Assembly: GCA_048617235.1 (NCBI GenBank)
Contig: JBMCHT010000001.1
Location: 118,043 to 182,042, forward strand
Reading direction: 5' to 3'
Source of the DNA: Patescibacteria group bacterium
Lineage (GTDB): Bacteria > Patescibacteriota > Minisyncoccia > Phycocordibacterales > XYD1-FULL-46-19
DNA length: 64,000 nucleotides
Made by a program: the position numbers and the translations under genes. Shown one piece after another: positions 48,987 to 58,971 of this stretch (the first letter of the stretch is position 1; every line of letters starts with the position of its first letter). The notes beneath the pieces were generated by a model. It saw only the letters and a list, made by a program, of their open reading frames with translations, had not been told where the DNA came from and did no database searches.

Positions 48987-50144
48987 CTAATCACCATCTA
49001 TATGAGTATTATAAAAAATATCCACATATTCTTTATAAATATAGGAACGATTATATTTTTTTCTTGCATCACGTAAATACAAAATACCAATATCCACAAA
49101 ACGGTCAATAAGTTTCTGTGCTCCGTTAACACTAAATCCCGTCCAATTTCGTATTGTATTAACATCTATAATTGGTAATGAAAAAAGACGTGGCAATACT
49201 TGGATTGAACTTTTTGAAGCACGTTTATCCATATTTTGTATTTTCAAAATATCTTTTTCACGAAGTTTTGTGATTTTGTGAACTGTTTCAATCGCCTCTT
49301 CTGCAGTTTCTGTAATACCTGAGAGAAAAAATTGAACCCAAGCTTCAATATCACCGTCATGATATCCATTAAGACGATCATAATAAACTTTTTGATGCTT
49401 CTTTAAAAATGACGATAAAAACAAAACCGGCTTTTCTAATAAACCGGATTCTCGAAAATAAAGAGTAGTCAACATTCGTCCCGTTCTTCCGTTTCCATCC
49501 CTAAAAGGATGAATCGTTTCAAATTGTGCATGTAAAATAGCCGCTTTTGTCAGAGGCAATAAAGAGTCATCTTGATGAACGAATTTTTCCCAATCACTAA
49601 CTACTCGAGGCAATTCATGGGTTGGAGGAGGCACAAATTTTGCATCTTGTGGACGAGTACCGTTAATCCAATTCTGATCATGACGAAATTCTCCCAGACG
49701 AGCATTATGCGTCACCCATGTTCTTTCCATTAATTCACGATGTATTAATTTAATTAAACGTGTACTGATTGGAATCTTTTCCAAAGCCTTAATTCCATTA
49801 TTTAAGGCTTTAATATAATGTATGATATCATCAACATCTTCCGGTAAATTTGCATCAATGTTCGCTTCCGCTTCCAAAGCGTCAATCATAGTTGCTCCCG
49901 TACCTTCAATTTGACTGGAAGAAGCGGCATCTTTAAGAATATACATAAAAATAAAAAAATCCACATCAGGTAATAGTTGAGTTATTCCATCTAATTTACT
50001 GACAAAATGTTGAGCTTTTGAATCTTGTTTGATAAGTTCAGGAGAAAAATTAAAACCACCTTTTGGTGGAAAAGGTGTTGGTATAAAGGCTTTATATACC
50101 CCCCATTGTCCATCTTTTTGTTGTATAAAATTTCCTAATTTCAT
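48987..50144 (-). CDS. Fic family protein (class II-like)
   Basis: HPFRDGNGRTGR active-site motif and N-terminal SSQIEG inhibitory motif. Confidence 0.92.
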   Translation of the reverse strand: MKLGNFIQQKDGQWGVYKAFIPTPFPPKGGFNFSPELIKQDSKAQHFVSKLDGITQLLPDVDFFIFMYILKDAASSSQIEGTGATMIDALEAEANIDANLPEDVDDIIHYIKALNNGIKALEKIPISTRLIKLIHRELMERTWVTHNARLGEFRHDQNWINGTRPQDAKFVPPPTHELPRVVSDWEKFVHQDDSLLPLTKAAILHAQFETIHPFRDGNGRTGRMLTTLYFRESGLLEKPVLFLSSFLKKHQKVYYDRLNGYHDGDIEAWVQFFLSGITETAEEAIETVHKITKLREKDILKIQNMDKRASKSSIQVLPRLFSLPIIDVNTIRNWTGFSVNGAQKLIDRFVDIGILYLRDARKKYNRSYIYKEYVDIFYNTHIDGD

Positions 50145-50265
50145 AGCAATAAAAATTAGTTAATATTATAATATATCAATATGCACTATCTTAACAATTA
50201 GTTATATTTAATGCAAGCAATTATCACTAATTACCTTTCCAAATTCTAATTAATGTCCCACAATC

Positions 50266-50651
50266 TTCGTGAGCCGGAGAGAGGACTCGGTGTCAGCTCA
50301 CCTGGCTATAATTCTTCGCTTTGCTTGAATTCTAGCCGGTGGCTCCTACCCGGGCTCGCGGTCTCGCTCAGCTCGACAACGCTCCGCCTTTCTCGTCCTC
50401 ACGGATGAGTATAAATACTCATCCTTCTCCGGTCTCACTCACGATGTTCGTGAGCCGGAGAGAGGACTCGGTGTCAGCTCACCTGGCTATAATTCTTCGC
50501 TTTGCTTGAATTCTAGCCGGTGGCTCCTACCCGGGCTCGCGGTCTCGCTCAGCTCGACAACGCTCCGCCTTTCTCGTCCTCACGGATGAGTATAAATACT
50601 CATCCTTCTCCGATCTCACTCACGATGTTCGTGAGCCGGAGAGAGGACTCG
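50266..50651. repeat. Two tandem 181-bp units plus a third partial copy overlapping the tRNA-Thr 3' end
   Basis: ttcgtgagccggagagaggactcg begins at 50266, 50447 and 50628; the units differ at one position seen (ggtctcac vs gatctcac). Confidence 0.95.
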
Positions 50652-50706
50652 AACCCCCAACCTACCGCTTACAAAGCGGTTGCTCTACCAATTGAGCTAC
50701 TCCGGC
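50634..50706 (-). tRNA. tRNA-Thr(UGU)
   Basis: GCCGGAGTAGCTCAATTGGTAGAGCAACCGCTTTGTAAGCGGTAGGTTGGGGGTTCGAGTCCTCTCTCCGGCT; CCA not encoded. Confidence 0.95.
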
Positions 50707-51026
50707 TTATTTTCCAAATGCTTGTCTTTGGCTTTTCTTAAAGATTTAAACATTTTAGATTCTAATCTGACTGTTAAAACTCTAATTATTCGCACCAAAC
50801 CCCATATAATAGATAACAGCTTCAGACTGAACTCTCTATAACCATCACGCACCCAAGAAAAAATTTCAAACGCTACTTTATCTCCCCAAGGTGAAATAAT
50901 ATCCAAAACCCCGGATTCTTTTTTTATTTTACTTGAATCTAAAACCAATTGCCAATGGCGATAAATTAACCAATTTAATAAAGTTAAATAAATTAATCCC
51001 CCGATTATAAAAAAAGACCAAGTCAT
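50697..51026 (-). CDS. Small membrane protein of unknown function; last codons overlap the tRNA-Thr 5' end
   Basis: N-terminal TM; co-oriented downstream of tsf. Confidence 0.6.
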   Translation of the reverse strand: MTWSFFIIGGLIYLTLLNWLIYRHWQLVLDSSKIKKESGVLDIISPWGDKVAFEIFSWVRDGYREFSLKLLSIIWGLVRIIRVLTVRLESKMFKSLRKAKDKHLENKPE

Positions 51027-51038
51027 AATAATTACTCC

Positions 51039-51494
51039 TTAAGCTCCCACTTCCAAACGAGAAATTTTAACAACATTTACTCTTTCTCCAAATTTTTGAG
51101 TGGCTTCTTTAATCACATCAGCTATTGTCTGTTCCGGATTTTTAATATACGGCTCAGCTAGAAGACTATCAATATCCTCAGAACCGGTAGCAGTCAAATG
51201 CATAGCCAAATCATTAGCCACTTCTATAAATTCAGGATTTTTAGCTACAAAATCCGTCTCACAAGCCAATTCCACCAAAGATCCGATTAAAAGATTGTTA
51301 TGAACATAAGAACCCATTACCCCCGAACCCAATTCTCTGTCAGCTTTCTTATTGGCAATTTCGGCTCCTCTGGCTTTTAATGACTCTAAGGCTTTATCCA
51401 TATCTCCGGCAGCTTCCTCCAAGGCTTGCTTGCATTGAGCAATAGAGATACCGGTTCTGTTTCTAAGTTCTTTTATTTGTTCAGTCGAAGACAT
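51039..51494 (-). CDS. tsf: Elongation factor Ts (short form)
   Basis: IKELRNRTG and CETDFVAKN motifs. Confidence 0.95.
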   Translation of the reverse strand: MSSTEQIKELRNRTGISIAQCKQALEEAAGDMDKALESLKARGAEIANKKADRELGSGVMGSYVHNNLLIGSLVELACETDFVAKNPEFIEVANDLAMHLTATGSEDIDSLLAEPYIKNPEQTIADVIKEATQKFGERVNVVKISRLEVGA

Positions 51495-51543
51495 AATAAA
51501 TTAAATTTAATTTAATAAAATAATAAAAACAATTTAAAATATT

Positions 51544-52368
51544 TTAAACTTTTTCCACTCCAATTTTTTCGTTTATTTTCTCTTCCTCTCCTTTGGCTTC
51601 CTCTACGGCTTGTTGATTAGCTTTGGTTTGACCGGCAACATAAGCAGCTGTTAAACGATTAACAAAAAATTCAATACTGGTCTTAGCGGAGTCATTGGCG
51701 ATTATCGGATATTCTATGCCAGCAACATCACAATCTACTCCTGATAAAGAAACAACCGGAACTTTGGTTATCTTAGCTTCCTTGATAGCCGTTTCTTCAA
51801 ATTTGGAATCTATCACCAACATAGCTCCCGGTAATTTTTTCATTTCCACTATGCCATCAAAATATCTTTCTAAATCTTTTTTCTCTTTGGCAATCATTTG
51901 CCTTTCTTTCTTTTTGTATTTATTTATTTCTCCGGATGCCTCTTGATCTCTAATTTCCGTTAAACGCTTAATTCTCTTTCTAATTTCTTCAAAATTAGTG
52001 AAAGTACCCCCCATCCAACGCTCAGCCACATAAGGCATTTCTAAAGCGGCAGCTACTTTTTTGATTATAAAACGAGCCTCCGGTTTATTGCCAACTAACA
52101 ATAATTTCTTACCTGATTGACCCAATTCTCGTAAAAATTCCTCAGCCATTGTTAAGTCTTTAAGAGTTTTCTCCAAATTTATAATGGCATTATCATTTCG
52201 ATAACTAAAAATAGATTTTTCCGTCGATGGGTGTCGACGACTTCTTTTGTAACCAAAATGAGCTCCGGCTTGAAACATTTCTTTAATCAAAGGGCTGGAA
52301 ATCCCCTCTAAATCAAAGTTTTCTTCTTCCATTGAAGGCATTTTAGTTTTATTTATGGTATCAGTCAT
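51544..52368 (-). CDS. rpsB: 30S ribosomal protein S2
   Basis: AGAHFG, RWMGGTFTNF and IANDSA motifs. Confidence 0.96.
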   Translation of the reverse strand: MTDTINKTKMPSMEEENFDLEGISSPLIKEMFQAGAHFGYKRSRRHPSTEKSIFSYRNDNAIINLEKTLKDLTMAEEFLRELGQSGKKLLLVGNKPEARFIIKKVAAALEMPYVAERWMGGTFTNFEEIRKRIKRLTEIRDQEASGEINKYKKKERQMIAKEKKDLERYFDGIVEMKKLPGAMLVIDSKFEETAIKEAKITKVPVVSLSGVDCDVAGIEYPIIANDSAKTSIEFFVNRLTAAYVAGQTKANQQAVEEAKGEEEKINEKIGVEKV

Positions 52369-52419
52369 ACGGCAGGCAGTTTAACAAAAAATAGTAAAAA
52401 TAGCAACCTAAAGAGATTA

Positions 52420-53418
52420 TTATTCGGTTAAACCTACTTGTAAATCTTCTATAATTTGCCCTATATCCCCTAACATAATTTTTTCATAATTATGCCAGCT
52501 TTTACCAAGGCGATGATCGGTTACCCTATCCTGTAAAACATTATAGGTTCTGATTTTTTCCGATCGATCAGCAGTACCTATTTGCTCTCGTCTCTTTTCC
52601 GATTCCTCCGCTTGCCGACCTTTTTCTTCTTTGGCAGCCAATTTATTATATAAAATACTTAAAGCTTTTTCTTTATTTTTAAGTTGAGATCTTTCGTTAG
52701 TACAACGAACACTTTCACCAGTCGGTTTGTGAATAACTCTGACAGCCGTTTCCACTTTATTGACATTTTGACCACCCTTACCTCCCGATCGAGAAGTTTC
52801 AAATTCCAAATCCGCCGGATTAATTTCAAATTTAACCTTTTTATCCATAGGCATTACCGCCACTGAAGCGGTAGAGGTATGAACTCGTCCTTGTTTTTCG
52901 GTAGCCGGTACTCTTTGAATCCGATGAACTCCGGTCTCGTAAGCCAGCTGATCATAAACCCCGACTCCGGCCAAAGAAAAAACCACTTCTTTATAACCAC
53001 CCAAATCACTATAAGATTCATCTATAATCGATACCTGCCAACCCATACTTTCAGCATATTTTTGATACATCTCGGCTAAATTTGTAGCAAATAAAGCTGC
53101 TTCTTCGCCGCCGGCTCCGGCTCTAATCTCCATTACTAATTCCTTAACTATCTGATTATTTTTTGAAATAGAATCATTTTTAGCAATATTTAGAATTTGT
53201 TCGCCGGTGGCTTTAAGAGCCTGATATAAATATTGAGATTCTTGCTCTGCCAGAGATGCCATTTCCGGATCCTCTTGTTTCATTTTTTCCATATCAGTAA
53301 TCTCCGCTTGTAATCTTTTATATTCTTCAGCTAAATAAGCGGTTCGAGGATCAGTTAAAAAACCCTCCAACTCTTCGACGGAAATTAAGTTTTCTGCTGC
53401 CGTATTATCTGTAGACAT
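52420..53418 (-). CDS. prfA: Peptide chain release factor 1
   Basis: GGQ motif and PAT (PxT) specificity motif. Confidence 0.93.
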   Translation of the reverse strand: MSTDNTAAENLISVEELEGFLTDPRTAYLAEEYKRLQAEITDMEKMKQEDPEMASLAEQESQYLYQALKATGEQILNIAKNDSISKNNQIVKELVMEIRAGAGGEEAALFATNLAEMYQKYAESMGWQVSIIDESYSDLGGYKEVVFSLAGVGVYDQLAYETGVHRIQRVPATEKQGRVHTSTASVAVMPMDKKVKFEINPADLEFETSRSGGKGGQNVNKVETAVRVIHKPTGESVRCTNERSQLKNKEKALSILYNKLAAKEEKGRQAEESEKRREQIGTADRSEKIRTYNVLQDRVTDHRLGKSWHNYEKIMLGDIGQIIEDLQVGLTE

Positions 53419-53465
53419 AAATAAAAATAACCAAAAACTCTTAAATGGAAAAATCCTTTAATAAG

Positions 53466-53789
53466 TTAAACTATTTCGGTTTTGTCTGTAGAATCGGCAA
53501 TATTTACTTTTGAATCTTCAGTTTGAGAGTTTTCTTTTTTATTATCTGTTTTCTTGGTTTTAGTGGCAGGTTTTTGACGCAACTGACTGGCTGCTTGCTG
53601 TCTGGCTTTAAATTTTTCCACTCGACCGGCCGTGTCCATTACTTTTTCTTTACCGGTAAAGAAAGGGTGGCAATCACTACAAACCTCTACATTTATTTCT
53701 TTTAATATAGAACCAACAGTAAAAGCACTACCACAGGCACAGGTAACTTTTGTTTCTTTATTAAATTCCGGATGAGTATCTTTTTTCAT
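53466..53789 (-). CDS. rpmE: 50S ribosomal protein L31 (Zn-binding type)
   Basis: MKKDTHP, CACG and [10 protein letters not shown] motifs. Confidence 0.96.
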   Translation of the reverse strand: MKKDTHPEFNKETKVTCACGSAFTVGSILKEINVEVCSDCHPFFTGKEKVMDTAGRVEKFKARQQAASQLRQKPATKTKKTDNKKENSQTEDSKVNIADSTDKTEIV

Positions 53790-53813
53790 AACACTCCCGA
53801 CTATACCAAAAAT

Positions 53814-55178
53814 TTAATTACCTTGCAAGACATCTATTTGTCTTTGAATATTGGCAGCTATTTGCATAACCGAATCCCCATAAAAAGCATTATGAGGTTG
53901 ATTCCAGCCACCGCCGGCATAATACCTTAAAGCGGCTCTTCTTTCATCAGAATAGCTTCTGGTACCGGCTCCCAAATCTCTTAACAACAAACCGGAGGCA
54001 GTAAAAGCATCTACCGGATTCCAAGGATCCGGTGGCTGATTACCGGTAACGGCGCTAATTCTGGCTTGATAAGGTTTCCAAGTAGAAGGAATAAACTGTG
54101 ATGGTCCCATAGCTCCACCATAACCAACAGATAAAGGACAAGAAACTCTGGTGTTTAAAGGATCCCGACCTAACCCCCGAAGTAAAGTTTGCAAAATAGG
54201 TAAATCTCGAGTGGGGTGAATACCATTGGCAAAAAGCTTTCCGGTATTAATTCCTTTGGTTTGACCACTATTTAAATCCGAAATAACACAAGAACCAACA
54301 TGCTGACCTAAATTGGATTCTTGAGTAATAATAGCCAATAGAAAAGCCGGTCTAATTCCGGTATTCTTTTCAACTTCTCGAGCCAAATCATAAGCCTCAC
54401 CAAAAGAAATACCCTCAACATCCCGCAGGCGGAAAAGCTCATTTCTTATACGATTTCTTTCCGCCTCTCTTTCAGTCAATACCTGCTTATAAGCATTCTC
54501 TTCCGACTTAGATAAAGATAATAAGTATTGTTTTTCTTGTTCGGCTTGGCGGATTTTGGCTGTCTCCTCTTCTATTACTTTTTTAGCATCCAATTCAGCT
54601 GCTCGTCTTTTCTCCAAATTTACCTTCTCGGTGGAAGCTCGTTGTTGAGTATTTCTAATAGAGTCTAAAGATTTATGAATAGCGGTTTGGAGTGAATGAA
54701 TAGAATTTAAATCTACAAACAACTCAGATAAACTACTGCTGTTTAAAACTATTTCCGTTAAGGTTAAATCATCCATATCTCGCATTTGCTTAACCATATA
54801 AGTTAAAGCTTCCTTATCTCTGATTATTTTACTATCTAAATCACTAATTAAATCTTCTCGCTCACTAATATCCCCTCCTAAACGCTTAATTTCCAACTCT
54901 TTAGCTTGTATATTCAAACGAGCCTGATTAATCTGATAAGTCAAAATATCTATATCTCTGGAAATGGAAGCGCTCTCTTGTTGTTTATTTTTCAATAAGG
55001 CTCGATTAGCTGCTATTTCTTTTTCCACCTTAGCCAAATCAGCCTGTAACTCTTTCTCTCTGGCCTCTGTATTCACTTGAGCTATTACTTGATTAACCCC
55101 TAAAAAAACCATTGAAAAGAAAATAACCGAAATTACTAAAAATCGATATTTTAAGATATTATTTAAAATTGACTTCAT
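53814..55178 (-). CDS. Secreted coiled-coil lytic murein transglycosylase (SLT_2/MltB-like)
   Basis: Signal/TM segment, long coiled coil, QES catalytic Glu, GAMGPSQFIPSTW and DPWN. Confidence 0.85.
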   Translation of the reverse strand: MKSILNNILKYRFLVISVIFFSMVFLGVNQVIAQVNTEAREKELQADLAKVEKEIAANRALLKNKQQESASISRDIDILTYQINQARLNIQAKELEIKRLGGDISEREDLISDLDSKIIRDKEALTYMVKQMRDMDDLTLTEIVLNSSSLSELFVDLNSIHSLQTAIHKSLDSIRNTQQRASTEKVNLEKRRAAELDAKKVIEEETAKIRQAEQEKQYLLSLSKSEENAYKQVLTEREAERNRIRNELFRLRDVEGISFGEAYDLAREVEKNTGIRPAFLLAIITQESNLGQHVGSCVISDLNSGQTKGINTGKLFANGIHPTRDLPILQTLLRGLGRDPLNTRVSCPLSVGYGGAMGPSQFIPSTWKPYQARISAVTGNQPPDPWNPVDAFTASGLLLRDLGAGTRSYSDERRAALRYYAGGGWNQPHNAFYGDSVMQIAANIQRQIDVLQGN

Positions 55179-55302
55179 GCCATTAATTCTAACCGAAGGA
55201 CAAAAACTTAACAATAGGTCTTTTTAAAAAACTCTATTATCATTCAATTAAAAATTAAAAACGGCTTTTAACCGTTTTCTTTTGATTAATATATTTCTTA
55301 GA

Positions 55303-55965
55303 TTAATTTGTTTCTTCTTTTGTCTCTGTCTTATCTTCTTCCTCCTCATCCTTACCCTTCTTCTCAACTTCTACATTCTCAAGATCCGGCTGAGCCTCAT
55401 CTTCTTCAGTTACTTCTTCCCCAGCTTGCCCGGCTAAAATTATAGTTTCTTCAACCGGAATAATAGCTTCTACTCCAGAAGGTAGTTTAAGATCAGCCAC
55501 GGTTATAGGATCATTAACTTTATCTAAAACAGAAATATCCACTTCAATCTCATGCGGTAAATCTTTAGGAAAAGCCTTGACCGGCAATTCATGAATAACC
55601 TTAACCAAAGTTGCTCCTTGTTCTTTAACCGCCGGAGATTCTCCAACAAAAACCAAGGGTACATCTACTTCCACCATCTTACCTTTTTCCACTTTATAAA
55701 AATCTACATGAATCGGCTCATCAGTCACCGGATTATAATCAACTTGATAAATTAAAACTTCGTAATCCTTATTATCCAATTTTAAATTTATAACTGTAGA
55801 TTCTCCCGCTTGACGAAAAACTTTTTTAAATTCCGGCGCCTCCAATTGACAATACTCAGCCACTTGCCCTTGACCATACAAAACAGCCGGCAAATAACCA
55901 TTAGCTCTTAATTGTTTAACTTTTTTACCAAAATCTTTTCTGGCTTGTGTTTGCAACTTCAACAT
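55303..55965 (-). CDS. rplY: 50S ribosomal protein L25/Ctc
   Basis: PAVLYG and HVDFY motifs. Confidence 0.93.
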   Translation of the reverse strand: MLKLQTQARKDFGKKVKQLRANGYLPAVLYGQGQVAEYCQLEAPEFKKVFRQAGESTVINLKLDNKDYEVLIYQVDYNPVTDEPIHVDFYKVEKGKMVEVDVPLVFVGESPAVKEQGATLVKVIHELPVKAFPKDLPHEIEVDISVLDKVNDPITVADLKLPSGVEAIIPVEETIILAGQAGEEVTEEDEAQPDLENVEVEKKGKDEEEEDKTETKEETN

Positions 55966-56014
55966 AGTTAACTAGGATATAACAAAAAAGACAAAAAAGC
56001 AAGTATTTTAACCC

Positions 56015-56884
56015 TTAACCCAGATTAGAAAATAACTTCAACCTGTTTTTAACCACTTCTTTAACGGCTTCCCGAGCCGGTTTTAAAAGCCTGTAAGGAG
56101 CTACTTCAGTCGGATTTTCAGTCAAAGATTGCTCCAAACCTTCCCGATAAGCTACCCTTAATTCAGTGCTAATATGAACCATACCGATACCGGCTATTAT
56201 AGCCGCTTTAAAATCTTCATCACTAATACCCGAACCTCCATGCAAAACCAAAGGTACTCCGGCAATTTCCCTAATATTTTTTATTCGCTGGATATTAAGT
56301 CGCGGATTACCGGATTTAATCATACCATGAATATTACCCACAGCCGGCGCTAAGCAATCCACTCCGGTCTCCTCTACAAATTTTTTAGCTTCATCCGGAT
56401 CAGTCATCATCACCTCATCCACTATGGCTCCGGTCGGAACCTCATCCATTACTTTGGAAGATTTACCAATATAACCCATCTCCGCCTCTACAATAATTTC
56501 CGGATTAATAGCTTTAACAGCTTCAGTTGCCTCTTTAGTCATTTCAATATTTTCAACCAAACTTTCTCCGGCAGCATCAAAAATAACAGCATCAAAACCG
56601 GCTTGAGCCGCCGCTACCACTTTAGCCACCGAATATGTATGATCAGCATTTAAAAAAACCGGATAATCAAACTCTGATCTTAAACTTTTAACAATGGCTG
56701 CTATTTGTTTAACCCCCATAAATTCTCTTTCTCCTTCGGATACCCCAATTACTACCGGTAACTCTAATTCTTGAGCTGCTTCAAACACCGCCCAGACTCC
56801 TTCCAAATTGGAAACATTAAAATGACCCAAAGCTTGTTTGTTTTTTTCAGCCTGTTCTAAAGCTTGTTTTAAACTTAAATCCAT
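56015..56884 (-). CDS. fba: Class II fructose-bisphosphate aldolase
   Basis: NADH, GNIHG and VLHGGSG motifs. Confidence 0.92.
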   Translation of the reverse strand: MDLSLKQALEQAEKNKQALGHFNVSNLEGVWAVFEAAQELELPVVIGVSEGEREFMGVKQIAAIVKSLRSEFDYPVFLNADHTYSVAKVVAAAQAGFDAVIFDAAGESLVENIEMTKEATEAVKAINPEIIVEAEMGYIGKSSKVMDEVPTGAIVDEVMMTDPDEAKKFVEETGVDCLAPAVGNIHGMIKSGNPRLNIQRIKNIREIAGVPLVLHGGSGISDEDFKAAIIAGIGMVHISTELRVAYREGLEQSLTENPTEVAPYRLLKPAREAVKEVVKNRLKLFSNLG

Positions 56885-56954
56885 GCTTTTAATTATAACA
56901 TATTATCTTTTATGATATAATAAAAGATATCTAGTAATTTAATTCTTTTATTTT

Positions 56955-57953
56955 ATGTCTGAAAATAATTTAGATTTTTTAGCCATCGGCGATGTGGTAG
57001 ATGATGCTTTTATCGGTCTAAAAGATGCTAAAATCAATTGCGATATGCAACGTGGTCAAGAATATTTATGTGTTCGCTTTGGAGATAAAATACCATATGA
57101 ATCCGTCACTGTTGTTCAAGGGGTCGGTAATAGTCCCAACGCTTCGGTTAGTGCCGCTCGTTTAGGTTTAAATTCCGGTTTGTTATCTTATGTCGGAAAA
57201 GATAAAGAAGGTCAAGAAATAATAGAAACTCTTAAAAAACAAGGAGTTAATACCGATATGATTTTTGCGCAAGAAGGTAAAAAATCCAATTATCATTATG
57301 TTCTCCGATATGAAGAAGAAAGGACTATTCTGGTTAAACACGAATATTATGATTATGATTTACCGAATATTGGGCAACCAAAATGGATTTATTTAAGTTC
57401 TTTGGCTGAAAACTCTCTCCCTTTCCAACATCAAATAGCCTCTTATGTTAAAACTAATCCGGAAATTAAAATGGCTTTTCAACCGGGCACCTTTCAAATA
57501 AAACAAGGAGTGGAAGAATTAAAAGATATTTACGAAGCCTCAGAACTGTTTTTCTGTAATACTGAAGAAGCTCGTCGGGTAACCGGTTTAAAAGAAGCGG
57601 AGATTAAAGATCTTTTAAAAGCGGTAAATGATCTCGGGCCGAACATTGTCGTTATCACTGATGGCCCTAAAGGAGCTTATGCTTATGATGGTCAAGAAAC
57701 TTGGTATATACCAATGTATCCGGATCCCAAACCACCGGTAGATCGTACCGGAGCCGGAGATTCTTTCTCCTCTACCTTTACCGCTGCTTTAGCCGCCGGC
57801 AATGATATCCCTACAGCTATCTCTTGGGGACCTATAAACTCCATGAGTGTGGTTCAATACATTGGCGCCCAAGAGGGTCTCTTGAGTAAAGAAGAAATTC
57901 TAAAATTCTTAGAAGAAGCTCCGGCGAATTATAAGCCGGAAAAAATAATCTAG
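56955..57953 (+). CDS. PfkB family carbohydrate kinase
   Basis: DRTGAGDSF motif and ARLGL. Confidence 0.9.
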   Translation: MSENNLDFLAIGDVVDDAFIGLKDAKINCDMQRGQEYLCVRFGDKIPYESVTVVQGVGNSPNASVSAARLGLNSGLLSYVGKDKEGQEIIETLKKQGVNTDMIFAQEGKKSNYHYVLRYEEERTILVKHEYYDYDLPNIGQPKWIYLSSLAENSLPFQHQIASYVKTNPEIKMAFQPGTFQIKQGVEELKDIYEASELFFCNTEEARRVTGLKEAEIKDLLKAVNDLGPNIVVITDGPKGAYAYDGQETWYIPMYPDPKPPVDRTGAGDSFSSTFTAALAAGNDIPTAISWGPINSMSVVQYIGAQEGLLSKEEILKFLEEAPANYKPEKII

Positions 57954-57954
57954 A

Positions 57955-58953
57955 TTAATTTTTTTTACGAGTTATTACTTTCTGAACCGCTTTAATTATA
58001 GCCGGCTTGGTTAAACCGTAATATTCCAATAATTCTTTAGGAGAACCGGATTGACCAAACTTATCAGTTACTGCCACTTGTTCTATCGGTACCGGCTTTT
58101 CTTTAGCTAAAACCATAGCTACCGCTTCACCTAAACCACCAATTGCTTGATGTTCTTCTGCTGCTACTACCGCTCCGGCTCTTTGAGCCCATTCGATTAT
58201 TGTTTTATTATCTAAAGGCTTAATAGTGTGACTGTTAATCACTGCTACCTCCAAACCGGTTTTAGCTAACTCCATCGCCGCTAATAAAGATTCATAAACC
58301 ATTTGACCACAAGCTATAATTAAGACATCCGGTTTTTCCGGAGCAATTAAAACATTGGCTCGACCAATAATAAAAGGAGATTCAACTGTAGTAATTATTG
58401 GACTTTTATCTCGAGCCAATCGCAAGTAAGTTGGCTGATTGGTTTTGGCTATAATTTGAGTGGCCTTTTCAGCTTCCAAAGAATCACAAGGAACTATAAC
58501 CCTCATTCGGGGTAAAACCCTCATCAAAGCTATATCTTCCAAAACCTGATGACTACCTCCATCATAACCAACAGAAACACCACCATGACTGCCAATTATT
58601 TTTACATTAACATTATTATAACAAACCGTAGTTCTAATTTGCTCCCAATTACGACCGGGACTAAAAACAGCATAAGAAGTAACAAAAGGAATTTTGCCAA
58701 AGGCCGCCAAACCACTGGCAACTGTTACTAAATTCTGCTCGGCTACTCCTACTTGGAAAAATCTCTCCGGAAATTCCCCGGCAAAAGCTTCGGTTCTGGT
58801 AGATTCGGTTAAATCACCACAAACGGCTACTACTTGCTTGTCAGCCCGACCAGCCATCACCAAACCCCGTCCATAACCGTTACGAATTGGCTCTTGATCT
58901 ACAGATAATTCCATCCATTTAGAATTTAATTTTTGTTTTGATTCTGTTTCCAT
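57955..58953 (-). CDS. Transketolase C-terminal subunit
   Basis: GVAEQN, DGGSHQ and EEH motifs. Confidence 0.93.
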   Translation of the reverse strand: METESKQKLNSKWMELSVDQEPIRNGYGRGLVMAGRADKQVVAVCGDLTESTRTEAFAGEFPERFFQVGVAEQNLVTVASGLAAFGKIPFVTSYAVFSPGRNWEQIRTTVCYNNVNVKIIGSHGGVSVGYDGGSHQVLEDIALMRVLPRMRVIVPCDSLEAEKATQIIAKTNQPTYLRLARDKSPIITTVESPFIIGRANVLIAPEKPDVLIIACGQMVYESLLAAMELAKTGLEVAVINSHTIKPLDNKTIIEWAQRAGAVVAAEEHQAIGGLGEAVAMVLAKEKPVPIEQVAVTDKFGQSGSPKELLEYYGLTKPAIIKAVQKVITRKKN

Positions 58954-58971
58954 TTTTATTTAATTTAAAAA

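Noticed and set aside
50266-50651. CRISPR array
   Set aside because: The 157-bp intervening segments are near identical rather than unique, the repeat is a tRNA 3' end, and there are no cas genes.
50520-50741. 73-aa plus-strand ORF
   Set aside because: Antisense to tRNA-Thr and the repeat; a typical spurious call.
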